In this document: in pieces, positions 9,930-20,474 of the stretch
How the letters are laid out: each line of letters begins with the position of its first letter
Numbering within the stretch: the stretch's first letter is position 1
DNA from: Sedimentisphaerales bacterium
Lineage (GTDB): Bacteria; Planctomycetota; Phycisphaerae; Sedimentisphaerales; Anaerobacaceae
Reading direction: 5' to 3'
Assembly (NCBI GenBank): GCA_963708075.1
Contig: OY970194.1
Location: 1,472,001-1,536,000, forward strand
Length of the DNA stretch: 64,000 nt
Position numbers and translations under genes: made by a program
The notes under the pieces: generated by a model
Seen by the model: the letters and a program-made list of their open reading frames with translations, nothing else
What the model was told of the DNA's origin: nothing
Databases searched by the model: none

Positions 9930-11253
9930 CTACGCGTCCTTGTCCTGCGGGATATCCACGATCCGAACACAGACCGGCTTGCCGCTGATTATGTCCAGCC
10001 GGGACAATTCCTTCAGGGCCGCCGTCATGTTCTTCTCCTGGGTCTTATGGGTGGTAATGACAACCGGGACTGTATTGTCCGGGCCGGTTCCTTCGTGCTG
10101 AAGGGCGCCGGAGATGCTGATCTGGTGATCGCCGAGAATCTTGCCGTACTGGGCCACCACACCCGGCTTGTCCCTGGCCATCACGCGGATATAGAACCGG
10201 CTTATGGATTCGTCGATTTTCTCGATCAGAGGCGCGGTTTCACTTCGCGGCTTCATCCTCAGGTGCTCAAACGTGGTCTTGGAATTGCCGAGCGCCACGT
10301 CGATGATATCGGCGACCACCGCACTGGCGGTCGGCATCATGCCCGCCCCCCGGCCATAGTAGAGCGTCTCACCGACCGCATTGCCGAATATGCTGATCGC
10401 GTTGAACGAGCCATCGACGCGCGCCAGCGGAGTATCGGCCCCGATGAAGGACGGATGGACCCGCAGCGCGATCCTGCCCTGGTCGTTCCTCTGGCCAATG
10501 GCCAGCAGCTTCAGGCAGTAGCCCATCTCCCGGCCGTAGCGGATGTCCTCCCGGGCAATCCGATCTATGCCTTCGACGAAGATATCTTCGAGAGCGATTT
10601 CGTATCCGAAGGCGATGGAGGCCAGAATCGCCAGCTTGTGGGCCGTGTCGCCGCCGGAGATGTCGAGCGTCGGATCCGCCTCAGCAAAACCATGCTTCTG
10701 GGCCTTGGCCAGCGCCTGGGCGAATTTCTCATCCTTCAAGCTCATGCTGGAGAGGATGTAGTTGCAGGTCCCATTGACGATCCCGAACATGGCGGTGATC
10801 CGGTTGGCCGCCATTCCCGTTCGGATCGCCGCGATGATGGGGATTCCGCCGGCACAACTGGCTTCGAAGGCGATGCACCGGCCGTTCTCGCGCAACGCGG
10901 TAGAGCTCCGGGCCGTGCGTCGCGAGCAAAGCCTTATTGGCCGTGACCACATCTTTGCCCGCGCGGAGCATCTTGAGCTGAACCTCCTTCGCGATGCCCG
11001 TTCCGCCCACCAGCTCGACACCTACACTGATGCTCTTATCACCGACAAGCCGCCCGAGATCGTTGGTGAGCACCCCGGCAGGCAGTTGCACCGGTCGCGG
11101 CCGCTCGGTATCGACGTCCACGACGCAGGCCAGCTCCAGGCGCACGCCCATTTTCGACGCGATGGCGTCGGCGTCCTCCAGGATCAGCTTCGCCACGCCG
11201 CTGCCGACCGTCCCAAACCCAACTACCCCTACTCGTACCCGCTTTTCTTCCAC
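9930..11253 (-). CDS. hom: Homoserine dehydrogenase with ACT domain; frameshift near 10890
   Basis: GVVGFGTVGSGV, VVTANKALLA, FEASCAGGIPII, GIVNGTCNYIL, AEADPTLDISGGD, GRGAG. Confidence 0.95.
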
Positions 11254-11808
11254 AAAACACCTGCCACTTCCCACTCCGGCAGCGGTGCTTCCGCTGCCTT
11301 AATAAATAGCCCTTTATAAAAAACAATTAACCCTGGCAGGTCAAGCGAAAACCCGCCGGGCTACGCAAGATTCAACGCCCCGGCACGGTCCGGGGCCGGT
11401 TCGCCCAAGTCGTTGCACATGGGTCATCCCAGTCTTATCGGCAGATTTCGGGCCCTCCAACATGTGCGGAGGCCGGTTCCTGCCAGTCCTTCGCAGCGAA
11501 CGAGTCGACACGCTGTACTTGTGTCAATGGGTGGCATCGTCAAGGCTGGAGGCCTTGGCGATGGCGAATGGGCAAACCATCGGCAAGCTCGCGCTTGCCG
11601 CTGCCACCCGCCTCACAGGAGACTTGGTGGCGAGACGTCTTCCATACAGGCAATGGAGGGAGCCGCTATACAGGTCGGGCGAGGATTTTCGGACATGGGT
11701 GCGCAGTGGCCCTTGATGGGCGGATGCAGATAGGCTATTCTTACCCGGCATACGACAGCGTCTATGGTAGGACGCACGGTTGAGTGACTCAAGGATAGGA
11801 GAATTGGG

Positions 11809-13041
11809 ATGAACACGAGAGGGGTAGCGATTCTGCTGGCGGTGGTAGCGTGCGCAGGGTGCAAGACGACGGCGCCGGGACCGGAGAAACAGACGTTCGC
11901 CGGCGACATGGCGTTTCTGCAAAAGCACACGGAGGTCGTGGTTCTCAAAGACAGTACCGGCAAGAGCCAGGTCGCCGTGCTGCCTCAGATGCAGGGACGA
12001 GTTATGACGAGCACGGCGGAAGGGCCCGGCGGCTACAGCTTCGGCTGGATCAACCGCGAGCTGGTGTCCTCCGACAAGACCGTCGAGCACATCAATGTCT
12101 TCGGCGGCGAGGACCGCTTCTGGATCGGGCCCGAGGGCGGCCAGTTCTCCGTCTTCTTCAAGAAGGGCGTCCCGTTCGATCTCGAGCATTGGTTCACGCC
12201 CGCCGCGGTCGATACCGAGTCGTGGGAGTTGGTGTCGAAAACCGCCCGCTCGGCGAACCTGCGAAAGACCATGCGCCTGCAGAACTACTCCGACACCGTG
12301 TTCGATGTCCGCGTCGATCGCGAGGTGCGCGTCCTCAACCGTGGTGAGGCCCTCGAAGCACTCGGTCTAAGTGCCGGCCCGAAGGTCAACGTCGTGGCGT
12401 ACGAATCGAACAACAAGATGACAAACGCGGGGAAGGAGGCTTCGGCGCACCAGAGGGGCCTGCTGTCGATCTGGATCCTCGGGATGTTCACGCCGTCGCC
12501 CGAGACCACGATCGTCGTTCCGTTCAACATGGGACCGGAGGACAAGCTCGGACCCGCTGTCAATGACTCCTATTTCGGCAAAGTGCCCGCGAACCGCCTC
12601 GTCGTCAAGGACGGCATCCTGTTCTTCAGCGGCGATGGGCAGTACCGCAGCAAGATCGGCCTGTCGCCGATGCGGGCGAAGAACGTCCTCGGCAGCTACG
12701 ACGCCGCCAACAAGGCCCTGACCATCGTCCAGTACAACAAGCCCAGGGACGTGCTTGACTACGTGAATTCGATGTGGCAGCTTCAGGATGCGCCATACCG
12801 CGGCGATACCGTCAACTCGTATAACGACGGCCCGCCCGCTCCCGGCGCCAAACCGATGGGTCCGTTCTATGAGCTGGAGACGTCCTCTCCGGCGGCCGCT
12901 CTCGCCCCGGGCCAGAGCATCCTCCATACGCATCGGACATTCCACTTCAAGGGCTCTGAGGACGATCTGGACGCTATCGCGCGAAAGGTGCTCGGCGTAA
13001 GCATCAAAGAAATTGAATCGGCGCTGCCCAGAGGGGTTTAA
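11809..13041 (+). CDS. Conserved lipoprotein of unknown function (DUF6786-like)
   Basis: Lipobox ACAGC; FGGEDRFWIGPEGGQFS and FYELETSSPA motifs; family name recalled, not searched. Confidence 0.65.
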   Translation: MNTRGVAILLAVVACAGCKTTAPGPEKQTFAGDMAFLQKHTEVVVLKDSTGKSQVAVLPQMQGRVMTSTAEGPGGYSFGWINRELVSSDKTVEHINVFGGEDRFWIGPEGGQFSVFFKKGVPFDLEHWFTPAAVDTESWELVSKTARSANLRKTMRLQNYSDTVFDVRVDREVRVLNRGEALEALGLSAGPKVNVVAYESNNKMTNAGKEASAHQRGLLSIWILGMFTPSPETTIVVPFNMGPEDKLGPAVNDSYFGKVPANRLVVKDGILFFSGDGQYRSKIGLSPMRAKNVLGSYDAANKALTIVQYNKPRDVLDYVNSMWQLQDAPYRGDTVNSYNDGPPAPGAKPMGPFYELETSSPAAALAPGQSILHTHRTFHFKGSEDDLDAIARKVLGVSIKEIESALPRGV

Positions 13042-13120
13042 GAAAGCCGAAAGAACTGGTATGCTACGGCCTTTGGCCGTCAATGGGATTGACAGTAAGA
13101 ACCTCTAAGGGCGCCGAGTA

Positions 13121-14551
13121 ATGCATCAAGGTAGGACCGTTGCACGGACGTGGGTGGTAGTTGTTCTATTGGTTGTCTGGCTCTGCGACGCAAGTCTCGC
13201 GGCTCTGGCAGGGCGGATCGGGAAGATCGTGGAGCCGCAGGCAGGCGGCGATTACTCGATCCAGGTGGTCAAGGCGGACTCGGGCGCCACGATCTATAGC
13301 TACAACGCGACGAAGCCGCTGATCCCGGCCTCCAACATGAAGCTGATCACCACGGCCGCCGCTCTGAAGTATCTCGGCCCCAACTTCGAGTACGAAACGC
13401 GAGTGGCGTTGTACGACGATACGCTGGTCGTCATCGGCAGCGGCGATCCGCTCCTCGGAGACAAGGACACCGATGACAAGCATGGCCGCCAAGCCGGCTG
13501 GATCTTGGAAAAGATCGCGCAAGCCCTGCAGACGCGGGGCGTCAGAGAGGTCAATGACATCGTCGTTGATACAAGCGTCTTCGATAATCAGCGAGTCCAC
13601 CCGAGTTGGCCGGCGAGGGACTACAACAAGTGGTACGCCTGTGAAATCAGTGGCCTGAACTACAACGACAATTGCATCGAGATGACCACGAGCAACGCAG
13701 GCGGCAACATCGCAATCGAGATCGACCCGCCGACACGGTTCGTCGAGACCATCAACCAGGTGGAGGCGATATCGCGCGGCGATGAGGCGGTGGGGTCGTA
13801 TCGAACTCAGCAGCCGAACCGGATCATTGTCTTTGGCAAGTGCAGGACCAAACAGGGCCCGTTCAAGGTGGCCATCGAGCAGCCCGCCGGCTTTTTCGGC
13901 TTCCTGCTGACCGAGCATCTTCAACGCTCGGGCATCGTCGTGAGGGGCAAGGTGATGGAGAAGTCCCTCGACGCAAACGCCAGGCTCAAGCCGCTTGTCG
14001 AGTTCAGCACGCCCATCAGCGACGTGCTCTGGCGCGCCAACACGGACAGTCTGGGCCTGGCCGCGGAGGCGTTGATCAAGACCATCGACGCACAGAACAA
14101 CGCGGACAAGAAGCTGGGCAGTTGGCCCGGCGGCCGGGAACTGGTCCACCGATACCTGACCGGTCTGGGCGTCCCTGAGGCCGAGATCAATCTCGACGAC
14201 GGCAGCGGACTCAGCCGCGAGAACCGCTTGACCGTGAATGCTATCACCAAAGTCCTTCTCAACCTCTACAGGAGCGGCAACTGGGAGCTCTTCAAGGCCT
14301 CGCTGGCGGTAGGGGGCGAGCAGGGCACCATCGACAGATACTTCAGCGAGCCGAAATACCGCGGCAAGGTCCTCGGCAAGACCGGCTACATCAGTGGCGT
14401 GCGCGCCTTCTCCGGCATCTGTCACACCCAGAGCGGACCCTACCTCTTCGCCATCCTCAGCAACGGCTCGAAGGGCCTGAGCCGCGACGCCATCAACGAC
14501 GTCGCCAAAGCCATCATCGACGAATACGGCAGCGAAACCAAAGCCAAGTGA
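13121..14551 (+). CDS. dacB: D-Ala-D-Ala carboxypeptidase/endopeptidase PBP4 (peptidase S13)
   Basis: Signal peptide; PASNMK (SxxK), GSGDP, DGSGLSRENR, GKTG motifs. Confidence 0.93.
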   Translation: MHQGRTVARTWVVVVLLVVWLCDASLAALAGRIGKIVEPQAGGDYSIQVVKADSGATIYSYNATKPLIPASNMKLITTAAALKYLGPNFEYETRVALYDDTLVVIGSGDPLLGDKDTDDKHGRQAGWILEKIAQALQTRGVREVNDIVVDTSVFDNQRVHPSWPARDYNKWYACEISGLNYNDNCIEMTTSNAGGNIAIEIDPPTRFVETINQVEAISRGDEAVGSYRTQQPNRIIVFGKCRTKQGPFKVAIEQPAGFFGFLLTEHLQRSGIVVRGKVMEKSLDANARLKPLVEFSTPISDVLWRANTDSLGLAAEALIKTIDAQNNADKKLGSWPGGRELVHRYLTGLGVPEAEINLDDGSGLSRENRLTVNAITKVLLNLYRSGNWELFKASLAVGGEQGTIDRYFSEPKYRGKVLGKTGYISGVRAFSGICHTQSGPYLFAILSNGSKGLSRDAINDVAKAIIDEYGSETKAK

Positions 14552-14561
14552 CCCGCTCGTG

Positions 14562-16163
14562 CTACGGGCGGATGTACACTTGCAGGCGGTCGGCGTATGT
14601 CTCTCTGTGCCAGTTCGGCGGGACGGATTGCCGCAGGGGGTCTTCGAGGAAGGAGAAATAGGAGGGCTCGATGCCTGCGATGACGGCGGCGGGGGGACGG
14701 GCGGCTATCAATTCGTTCAGGGTCTTGGGGCCGACGGTGTGAGTGATTTGCCGTTGCTCAGGTGACAGCCGGTCGGCGATGCGGTAGACGATGGAGCCGG
14801 CAGCGAACTCGGGGTAAATGTCGCAACCGCCTTCGAGGGCGTAAAGGGGGCCCAAGGTCAGGACGAGGCGGGGCTCCGGGATTCTTGCGGCGATTTCGTG
14901 TGAGGTCCTGTGCAACCGGATCGGCGCCCAACTCTCGGGAACGAGTACGGCAAGGCCGCGGTACAGAATGATCGGAGATGCAAGGACGGCGGCGATTACG
15001 CCGATGCCGACGAGCCAGGCGGCGAGCTTATAACGACCTCTGCCCTCCTGTTTCTCGGCCCCGCGCAAAAGACCGACCAGCGGGTAAGCAAGGGCGATGA
15101 CAATGAAGGGCACAGGGATCGCCAGATACTGTTGCCACATCGTCGGCGGGACGTAGGCGATCACAAAGAACACGAGCGGAAGCAGGGCGGCGAACATTGC
15201 CTTCCGCTTTTCCTGTGCGTCCAGGTTCGACGGGTGCCGCAGCGTGGCCCAGAGCAGATAACCGATCAGGACCAGCAGGACAAGGTACCCGGCAGTGCCG
15301 AGGGACACGAATGTCAGCGTGAACTTGTCGAGGGTCCGTCCGATTTCGTGCAGCCATTGGCCGTACAGTGTGGGGATCCGTATGAGGTTCAGCCGAAAGG
15401 CGTTGGGCGCTTGTGCAACAATCCAGATGGGCCAGATCATCGCGACGAGAGCGGCTGCCGGAAATGGCAGGGCGGTCACGATGCGATTCTTGAGCGAGCC
15501 TCCTGCCATCCACAGGACCGCCGCCAGAAACAGTAGCTCCACCAAGACGGTCGTCGCTCGCATAAACGTGGCGATCGTCAGCAGGGCACCCATCAAGGCT
15601 ATTCGCCAGAAATGCTGTCTGGCCTGGAAGTCGGTCGTCACGAACAGCCACAGGGATAGAACGACGCAGAGGATCACGATATCGTGGTTCCACGCGTAGC
15701 CGAGGGCGTAATCCACGAGCGGGTTGAAAAGGAACAGCGTTGCAGCCGCTGCGCCAAAGAGCAACCCTTGCAGGCGGCGTGTACGGAAGAGGGATCGATA
15801 GATCGCCACGATGCCGAGCACCGTGAGGATGTCACAGAGGACCGACAGCAGCCTGCCCACGAGCAGGTAATGCGTTGTGCCAAGGAACCGGTAAAGGATG
15901 GATAGGAGCAGGGGATGGTAGGGCAGTTGCGAGGGGTAGCAGAAATCCCGGTAGATCATCTGTCCCTTGGCGAGCAGCACGCCGGCCGTGCAATACATCT
16001 GCTCGTCGCGCCCGACCTCCTTGATCATACTATTAGAGAGTATGGTTATGCAGAATATCACCATTACGGCAACGACCAGCGGCCGGACAATGGGCTGCCA
16101 AGCCGGGGCCTTTGAGACGGGCCGACTTTCCACTTTCTTCGACTTACCATTCCGCGAGTTCAC
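14562..16163 (-). CDS. Polytopic GT-C fold glycosyltransferase (ArnT/PMT-like)
   Basis: TM1 followed by DEQMY and IYRDF..SQLP; about 11-13 TM helices; QQY motif; C-terminal periplasmic domain. Confidence 0.7.
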   Translation of the reverse strand: MNSRNGKSKKVESRPVSKAPAWQPIVRPLVVAVMVIFCITILSNSMIKEVGRDEQMYCTAGVLLAKGQMIYRDFCYPSQLPYHPLLLSILYRFLGTTHYLLVGRLLSVLCDILTVLGIVAIYRSLFRTRRLQGLLFGAAAATLFLFNPLVDYALGYAWNHDIVILCVVLSLWLFVTTDFQARQHFWRIALMGALLTIATFMRATTVLVELLFLAAVLWMAGGSLKNRIVTALPFPAAALVAMIWPIWIVAQAPNAFRLNLIRIPTLYGQWLHEIGRTLDKFTLTFVSLGTAGYLVLLVLIGYLLWATLRHPSNLDAQEKRKAMFAALLPLVFFVIAYVPPTMWQQYLAIPVPFIVIALAYPLVGLLRGAEKQEGRGRYKLAAWLVGIGVIAAVLASPIILYRGLAVLVPESWAPIRLHRTSHEIAARIPEPRLVLTLGPLYALEGGCDIYPEFAAGSIVYRIADRLSPEQRQITHTVGPKTLNELIAARPPAAVIAGIEPSYFSFLEDPLRQSVPPNWHRETYADRLQVYIRP

Positions 16164-17148
16164 CTACCAACTCCTCAACCAGGTCCTTCATAGTGACAAT
16201 CCCTACCGGCACTTCCTGCCTGGCCCGCGCCCGGGTTACCAGGACGATCTTCTGCTCCTCCCGCCGCATGACATCGATGGCATCGACGATGGGAGTATCG
16301 GCGTCCAACCGGCGAAGCGGCCGGACGAATCCCTCGATGTTCTCGAACTGCGTATCCGAGCCCAGCGCGTCGTAGATGTCGATAAAACCGACGATATTCG
16401 CCGGTGTTTTCCGCCAGACCAGCAGGCGAGTGAGGGCCTGCTGGCCCAGCTCGTTCAACAACGCCGTCCGGTCGCTGCGAATGTCCACGGACTGGACCCG
16501 ATCCAGGGGGACCATGACAGCGCCGAGCCGAAGACCCGGGATGTTCACGATCCGGTCCATCAACTCCATCTGAACACGGCTGAGCAGTCCCTCCTCCTGC
16601 GTCTCCTGCAGCAGCGCCTCGACCTCGCGTCGCTGCCCGGCCGGCATTGTCGCTTCGTCCGGGATCGACGCGTGGATCAGCCGCGCAAACAACCTGGGCA
16701 TCCACCGGAGCAGAGGCACGGCTCCGGACCACTTGAGGACCTGATAGTTCACGTACAGCAGGGGTGACACAAGCGAGGTCAGCGCATCGGCGCGATACAG
16801 AAAGATGTTCTTTGGAAGCAACTGCGAGAAGACGAACAGCAGCGGAGCCATCACGACCGTCGTATAGAACTCCGCCGGCTGTTCCGGCACGATGTCGAGG
16901 AAGAAGCCTGTGATCAGGCTGGTCGCACTGTACTCCACCAGGGTTGCGCCGATGAGCAGGGAGAGCAACAGGCCGGAGCTGTCCTCCATCACCTTTGCCA
17001 GCAGGACCGCGGACCACCGTCGTCTCTCGACGCCCAGCCGCAATCGCAACCGGCTGAGGCGGTAAATCCCCGTCTCGGCTCCTTCAAAGAAGCCGGCGAG
17101 GACCACCAGCAGGAGGGCTGCCAGGACTGTGAATAACCTGCTATCCAT
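16144..17148 (-). CDS. CNNM/DUF21-CBS domain protein
   Basis: FFEGAETGIYRL, FSQLLPK, CBS pair, GIVTMKDLVEELVGE. Confidence 0.9.
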   Translation of the reverse strand: MDSRLFTVLAALLLVVLAGFFEGAETGIYRLSRLRLRLGVERRRWSAVLLAKVMEDSSGLLLSLLIGATLVEYSATSLITGFFLDIVPEQPAEFYTTVVMAPLLFVFSQLLPKNIFLYRADALTSLVSPLLYVNYQVLKWSGAVPLLRWMPRLFARLIHASIPDEATMPAGQRREVEALLQETQEEGLLSRVQMELMDRIVNIPGLRLGAVMVPLDRVQSVDIRSDRTALLNELGQQALTRLLVWRKTPANIVGFIDIYDALGSDTQFENIEGFVRPLRRLDADTPIVDAIDVMRREEQKIVLVTRARARQEVPVGIVTMKDLVEELVGELAEW

Positions 17149-18407
17149 GGCTCGGAATTGGCTCCACGGTGAGAATCACGGTCTCGATCCTGTGCTTGCG
17201 CACGCGATCCACAGTGAATTTGAGGTTTCCCAGGTAGGCGACATCGCCTTTTCGGGGCACGCGTCCCAGCAATGTCGTCACCAGGCCGCCGATCGTGGAC
17301 TGGCGGGTTTCCTCCAGGTCGATCCCGAGGACGTCCGCCCAGTCATGGATGGCCAGATCGCCCGCCAGTTGGTACTCGAAGGGACCCAACTGTTTGATCG
17401 GCTCGACGCCGGCGGCCACGTCCATCCGTCCGACGAGTTCCTCGGCGATATCCTCCAACTGCACAATGCCGGCGATGCCGCCGTATTCGTCCACGACCAC
17501 CGACGTATCAGTCCGGGTCTTTCGGAAGAACTCCAGCAGCGACTCCACCGTCTTTTGCTCGGGCACGAAATGGACCGCCCGCTTAAGCTGATCCAGCGAC
17601 ACCGCAGGCTTGAGGAACAGGTTCTCGCAGATGAATGAGTCCGACGACGTTATCCACGTTCCGCACATAAACGGGAGCCTTCGTGAGATGGCGGGTCAGC
17701 ATCAGCTTGCGAGCCGTATCGGGCGAATCCGCAACATTGCATGCGACCATATCGACCCGCGGTCGCATCATGTGTCGGACCTTGAGCGATCCAAGATCGA
17801 CCACTTCGGCCAGGAGCCTGTTCTCATGGGGCGTGAGCAGACCGCGCCGGCGGCTGAGCTCGACCAGGGATCGGAACTCCTCCAGCGTCATGGCCCGGCC
17901 CTGGGGGCGTGCCGAAAGAACAGACGCAGCACAGGCTCCAGGACAAGGACCCGAAAGAACAGGGCGATCGGCCCGAACACCTGGACGACAAAAAAGACCG
18001 GCACTGCCGCGGCGATGGCCAGCGGCCGGGCGTTCAAGTAGACAAAGGACTTCGGGAGGATTTCGCCGAACAGCACGAGCAGAATGAACGTCGCGAACGC
18101 CAGGGCGGTCGCCGCACCCCAGCCCCACGCATGGCCCGCGTGCAGGACCAGGACACTCGCAATGGCGTAGTAGAGGACATTCACTGCCATGTTGCCCAGC
18201 AGGAGGCAGTTCAGGAGATGCCCCGGCTTGCGGAGAAGGCTGGCGACGAGCTTCTCGAGCCTGTGCGCCGAGGCGTTGAGCTGCTTGATCTCCCGGCGGG
18301 TCAGGCTGAAGAAAGCGGTTCTCGGACCCGGCGAAAAAAGCGGAGCAGGCGAGCAGGATAAGCATCACAAGGACGCGGCCGAGGTTCTCGTACACCTGCG
18401 CTGTCAT
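17141..18407 (-). CDS. CNNM/DUF21-CBS-CorC hemolysin-family protein; three frameshifts (18317-18323, about 17900, 17620-17626)
   Basis: Reconstructed SAFFAGSETAFFSL, LFGEILPK, MRPRVDM, VVDEYGGIAGIVQLEDIAEELVG, TIGGLV. Confidence 0.9.
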
Positions 18408-18419
18408 CAACAACCCCGC

Positions 18420-19196
18420 CTAACTCTTAGGCAGTTCGACTGTGAAAGTGCTCCCTTTGCCAGGTTCCGATTCGACGCTGATGGTGCCGCCATGAGCGTC
18501 GACGATTCGTCGGCAAAATGCCAGCCCTACGCCCGAGCCGGAGCCGGCGGTGGGGCGGTCCGGCCCGGATTTCGTGGTGAAAAACGGCCGGAAGATGTTC
18601 TTGAGGTTCTCCGGAGTGATGCCGTCGCCAGTGTCGCGGACCGTGATATCCATCCAGTCGTCCCTATCCGATGCCTCGACCCGGAGGAAGCCTCCCCGGC
18701 CCAGCATGGCATCGCGGGCGTTCAGCACCAGGTTCATGAGCACCTGCTGCATCTGCACGGGGACACAGTGCAACCGGAGGTCTTCGGGGACGTGGGTTTC
18801 GACAGTGATGCCATCCTTTGTGAAGTCCCGGCACAGGCCGGTAAACACCTCCTCCACGAGGGTCTTGACGTTAACCTCTTCCCGCTGCTGTCTTTGGCCG
18901 TTGGCCATTCCGAGCAGGCTCTCCATGATCTTGGCCGCCCGCTGGCAGTTCCGCACGGTCCGGCCGAGGACTTTCTCAACGAGGGCCTTGTCATCGGGGT
19001 TCTGTGTGGCCAGGGCGGCGTAGGAGGACAATGGCGTGAGCAGGTTATTGATCTCGTGGGCGATCATGGCGGTGGCCGAGCCGAGGTTGGCCAGGGTCTG
19101 GAGCTGCAAGTTCTGCGACTTCAACGCCTCGTTTTCCTGCTCCTTCCGGGCCAAAACCTGGTGCAGGGACAGGCGTTTTTCAATGATGCTTGTCAA
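18420..19196 (-). CDS. Cytoplasmic histidine kinase (coiled coil-HisKA-HATPase) with no sensor domain
   Basis: AHEINNLLT, QVLMNLVLNARDAM, DTGDGI, FFTTK, GSGVGL; TTG start after AGGAG. Confidence 0.9.
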   Translation of the reverse strand: MTSIIEKRLSLHQVLARKEQENEALKSQNLQLQTLANLGSATAMIAHEINNLLTPLSSYAALATQNPDDKALVEKVLGRTVRNCQRAAKIMESLLGMANGQRQQREEVNVKTLVEEVFTGLCRDFTKDGITVETHVPEDLRLHCVPVQMQQVLMNLVLNARDAMLGRGGFLRVEASDRDDWMDITVRDTGDGITPENLKNIFRPFFTTKSGPDRPTAGSGSGVGLAFCRRIVDAHGGTISVESEPGKGSTFTVELPKS

Positions 19197-19317
19197 CGGC
19201 CCACTCCTTTTATACAATCGAGCGTTGGGTATCCGTACCAAGAATATTATCTAACGGAAGTGATTATCGTACAAGTACCTATATCGACAGCCGATTGGTT
19301 TTTTCTGAAGTGCTCGC

Positions 19318-19581
19318 ATGACGGAGCAAACGATTCTGGAAGAGCTTCTCGCCCTGCTGGAGGCGAACCGCGTGAAGATCCGCAGCGAGCCGCTCGGCGG
19401 CCGGGGGGGCGGATTGGCCATGATGAGAGGCGAGAACATCTTCTTCGTGGACACCGAGGCGCCCAGTGCCGAGGTTGCCACGCTCTGTGCGGAGGCAGTC
19501 GTGAAGGTGACGGACATTGAGACGATCTATCTGCGGCCAGAGGTCCGCCAGTTTATCGAGAGCCATATGCGATCTGTGTAA
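19318..19581 (+). CDS. Conserved small hypothetical protein (87 aa)
   Basis: Intact ORF with GGRGGGL and DIETIYLRPEVRQFIE motifs. Confidence 0.75.
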   Translation: MTEQTILEELLALLEANRVKIRSEPLGGRGGGLAMMRGENIFFVDTEAPSAEVATLCAEAVVKVTDIETIYLRPEVRQFIESHMRSV

Positions 19582-19680
19582 CTGGAGTGTTTCGGAAACA
19601 GCGGAAAGATGGATGGGGATATGGGAGACAACCGCAACGACCAATCGCCGTTTGGACTGAATTGGCTGGGAGCATTGCTG

Positions 19681-20181
19681 ATGAGCCGAGAGAAATATGA
19701 TGCACGGCCGGAGAAGCCGCCGGTAATCCTTGTTGTGGACGACAACCTGCCGAACCTGGAACTGATTCAGGCCTACCTGGAGGACATCGAGTGCCAGATC
19801 GTGTCCGCCCACGACGGGGTGGAAGCGCTGAATATGGTGGCGAGGAAGAAGCCGGACTTGATCCTGCTCGACGTCATGATGCCCAAGATGAGTGGCTTTG
19901 AGGTCTGCCGAAGGCTCAAGAGCGACCCGCAGACCGGCGACATTCCCATCATCATGGTTACTGCCCTCAACGAGTTCGGGGACATAGAGCGAGGGATCGA
20001 CTCGGGTACCGACGATTTCGTCAGCAAGCCGGTAAATCGGCTGGAGCTGCTCACGCGTGTGCGAACCATGCTCAAGCTCAAGCATCTCACCGACAAGCTC
20101 CAGCGAACCATCGCCTACCTGAGCGAGGTCGAGAAGAACGCCCAGTCCGCAGTCTCCTCGCCGCCGGCTGAGTCCCAGTAG
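19681..20181 (+). CDS. Response regulator (REC plus short coiled coil, PleD-like N-terminus)
   Basis: ILVVDD, LLDVMMPKMSGFEVC, MVTAL, FVSKP. Confidence 0.92.
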   Translation: MSREKYDARPEKPPVILVVDDNLPNLELIQAYLEDIECQIVSAHDGVEALNMVARKKPDLILLDVMMPKMSGFEVCRRLKSDPQTGDIPIIMVTALNEFGDIERGIDSGTDDFVSKPVNRLELLTRVRTMLKLKHLTDKLQRTIAYLSEVEKNAQSAVSSPPAESQ

Positions 20182-20474
20182 GGCACCCGGGTGGGGGGAG
20201 AGGTCGCATAATGCATCGTCGAGCGGCGCGGTGCCGGCAGGGAACATTGTGTGCCTTGGACCATGGCATAATGTCCCTATAAGCGATCTGTCGCCGAATA
20301 ACCACGCCTGCAGAGCCCGAATAGCCGCTACAGCACACACAGACGCCATCCTGTGTCCCCCCGCCGGACCGATTGTCGGACAGACTCCGCAGTCCAGCTT
20401 AACCGCTCCGCGAAATTGGACGATACGTTCACCAGCACGTTGGTTTCGCATTATCATGATTACCGGAGTGAGGG

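Noticed and set aside
11413..11783. Small ORFs between hom and the DUF6786-like gene
   Set aside because: Overlapping short ORFs with no RBS or recognisable motif.
57..18407. Pseudogenisation of cpaB, the NtrC-type gene, apgM, hom and the CNNM gene
   Set aside because: Each is repaired by 1-2 nt changes at homopolymer, dinucleotide or GGTCTC contexts, with no other sign of decay.
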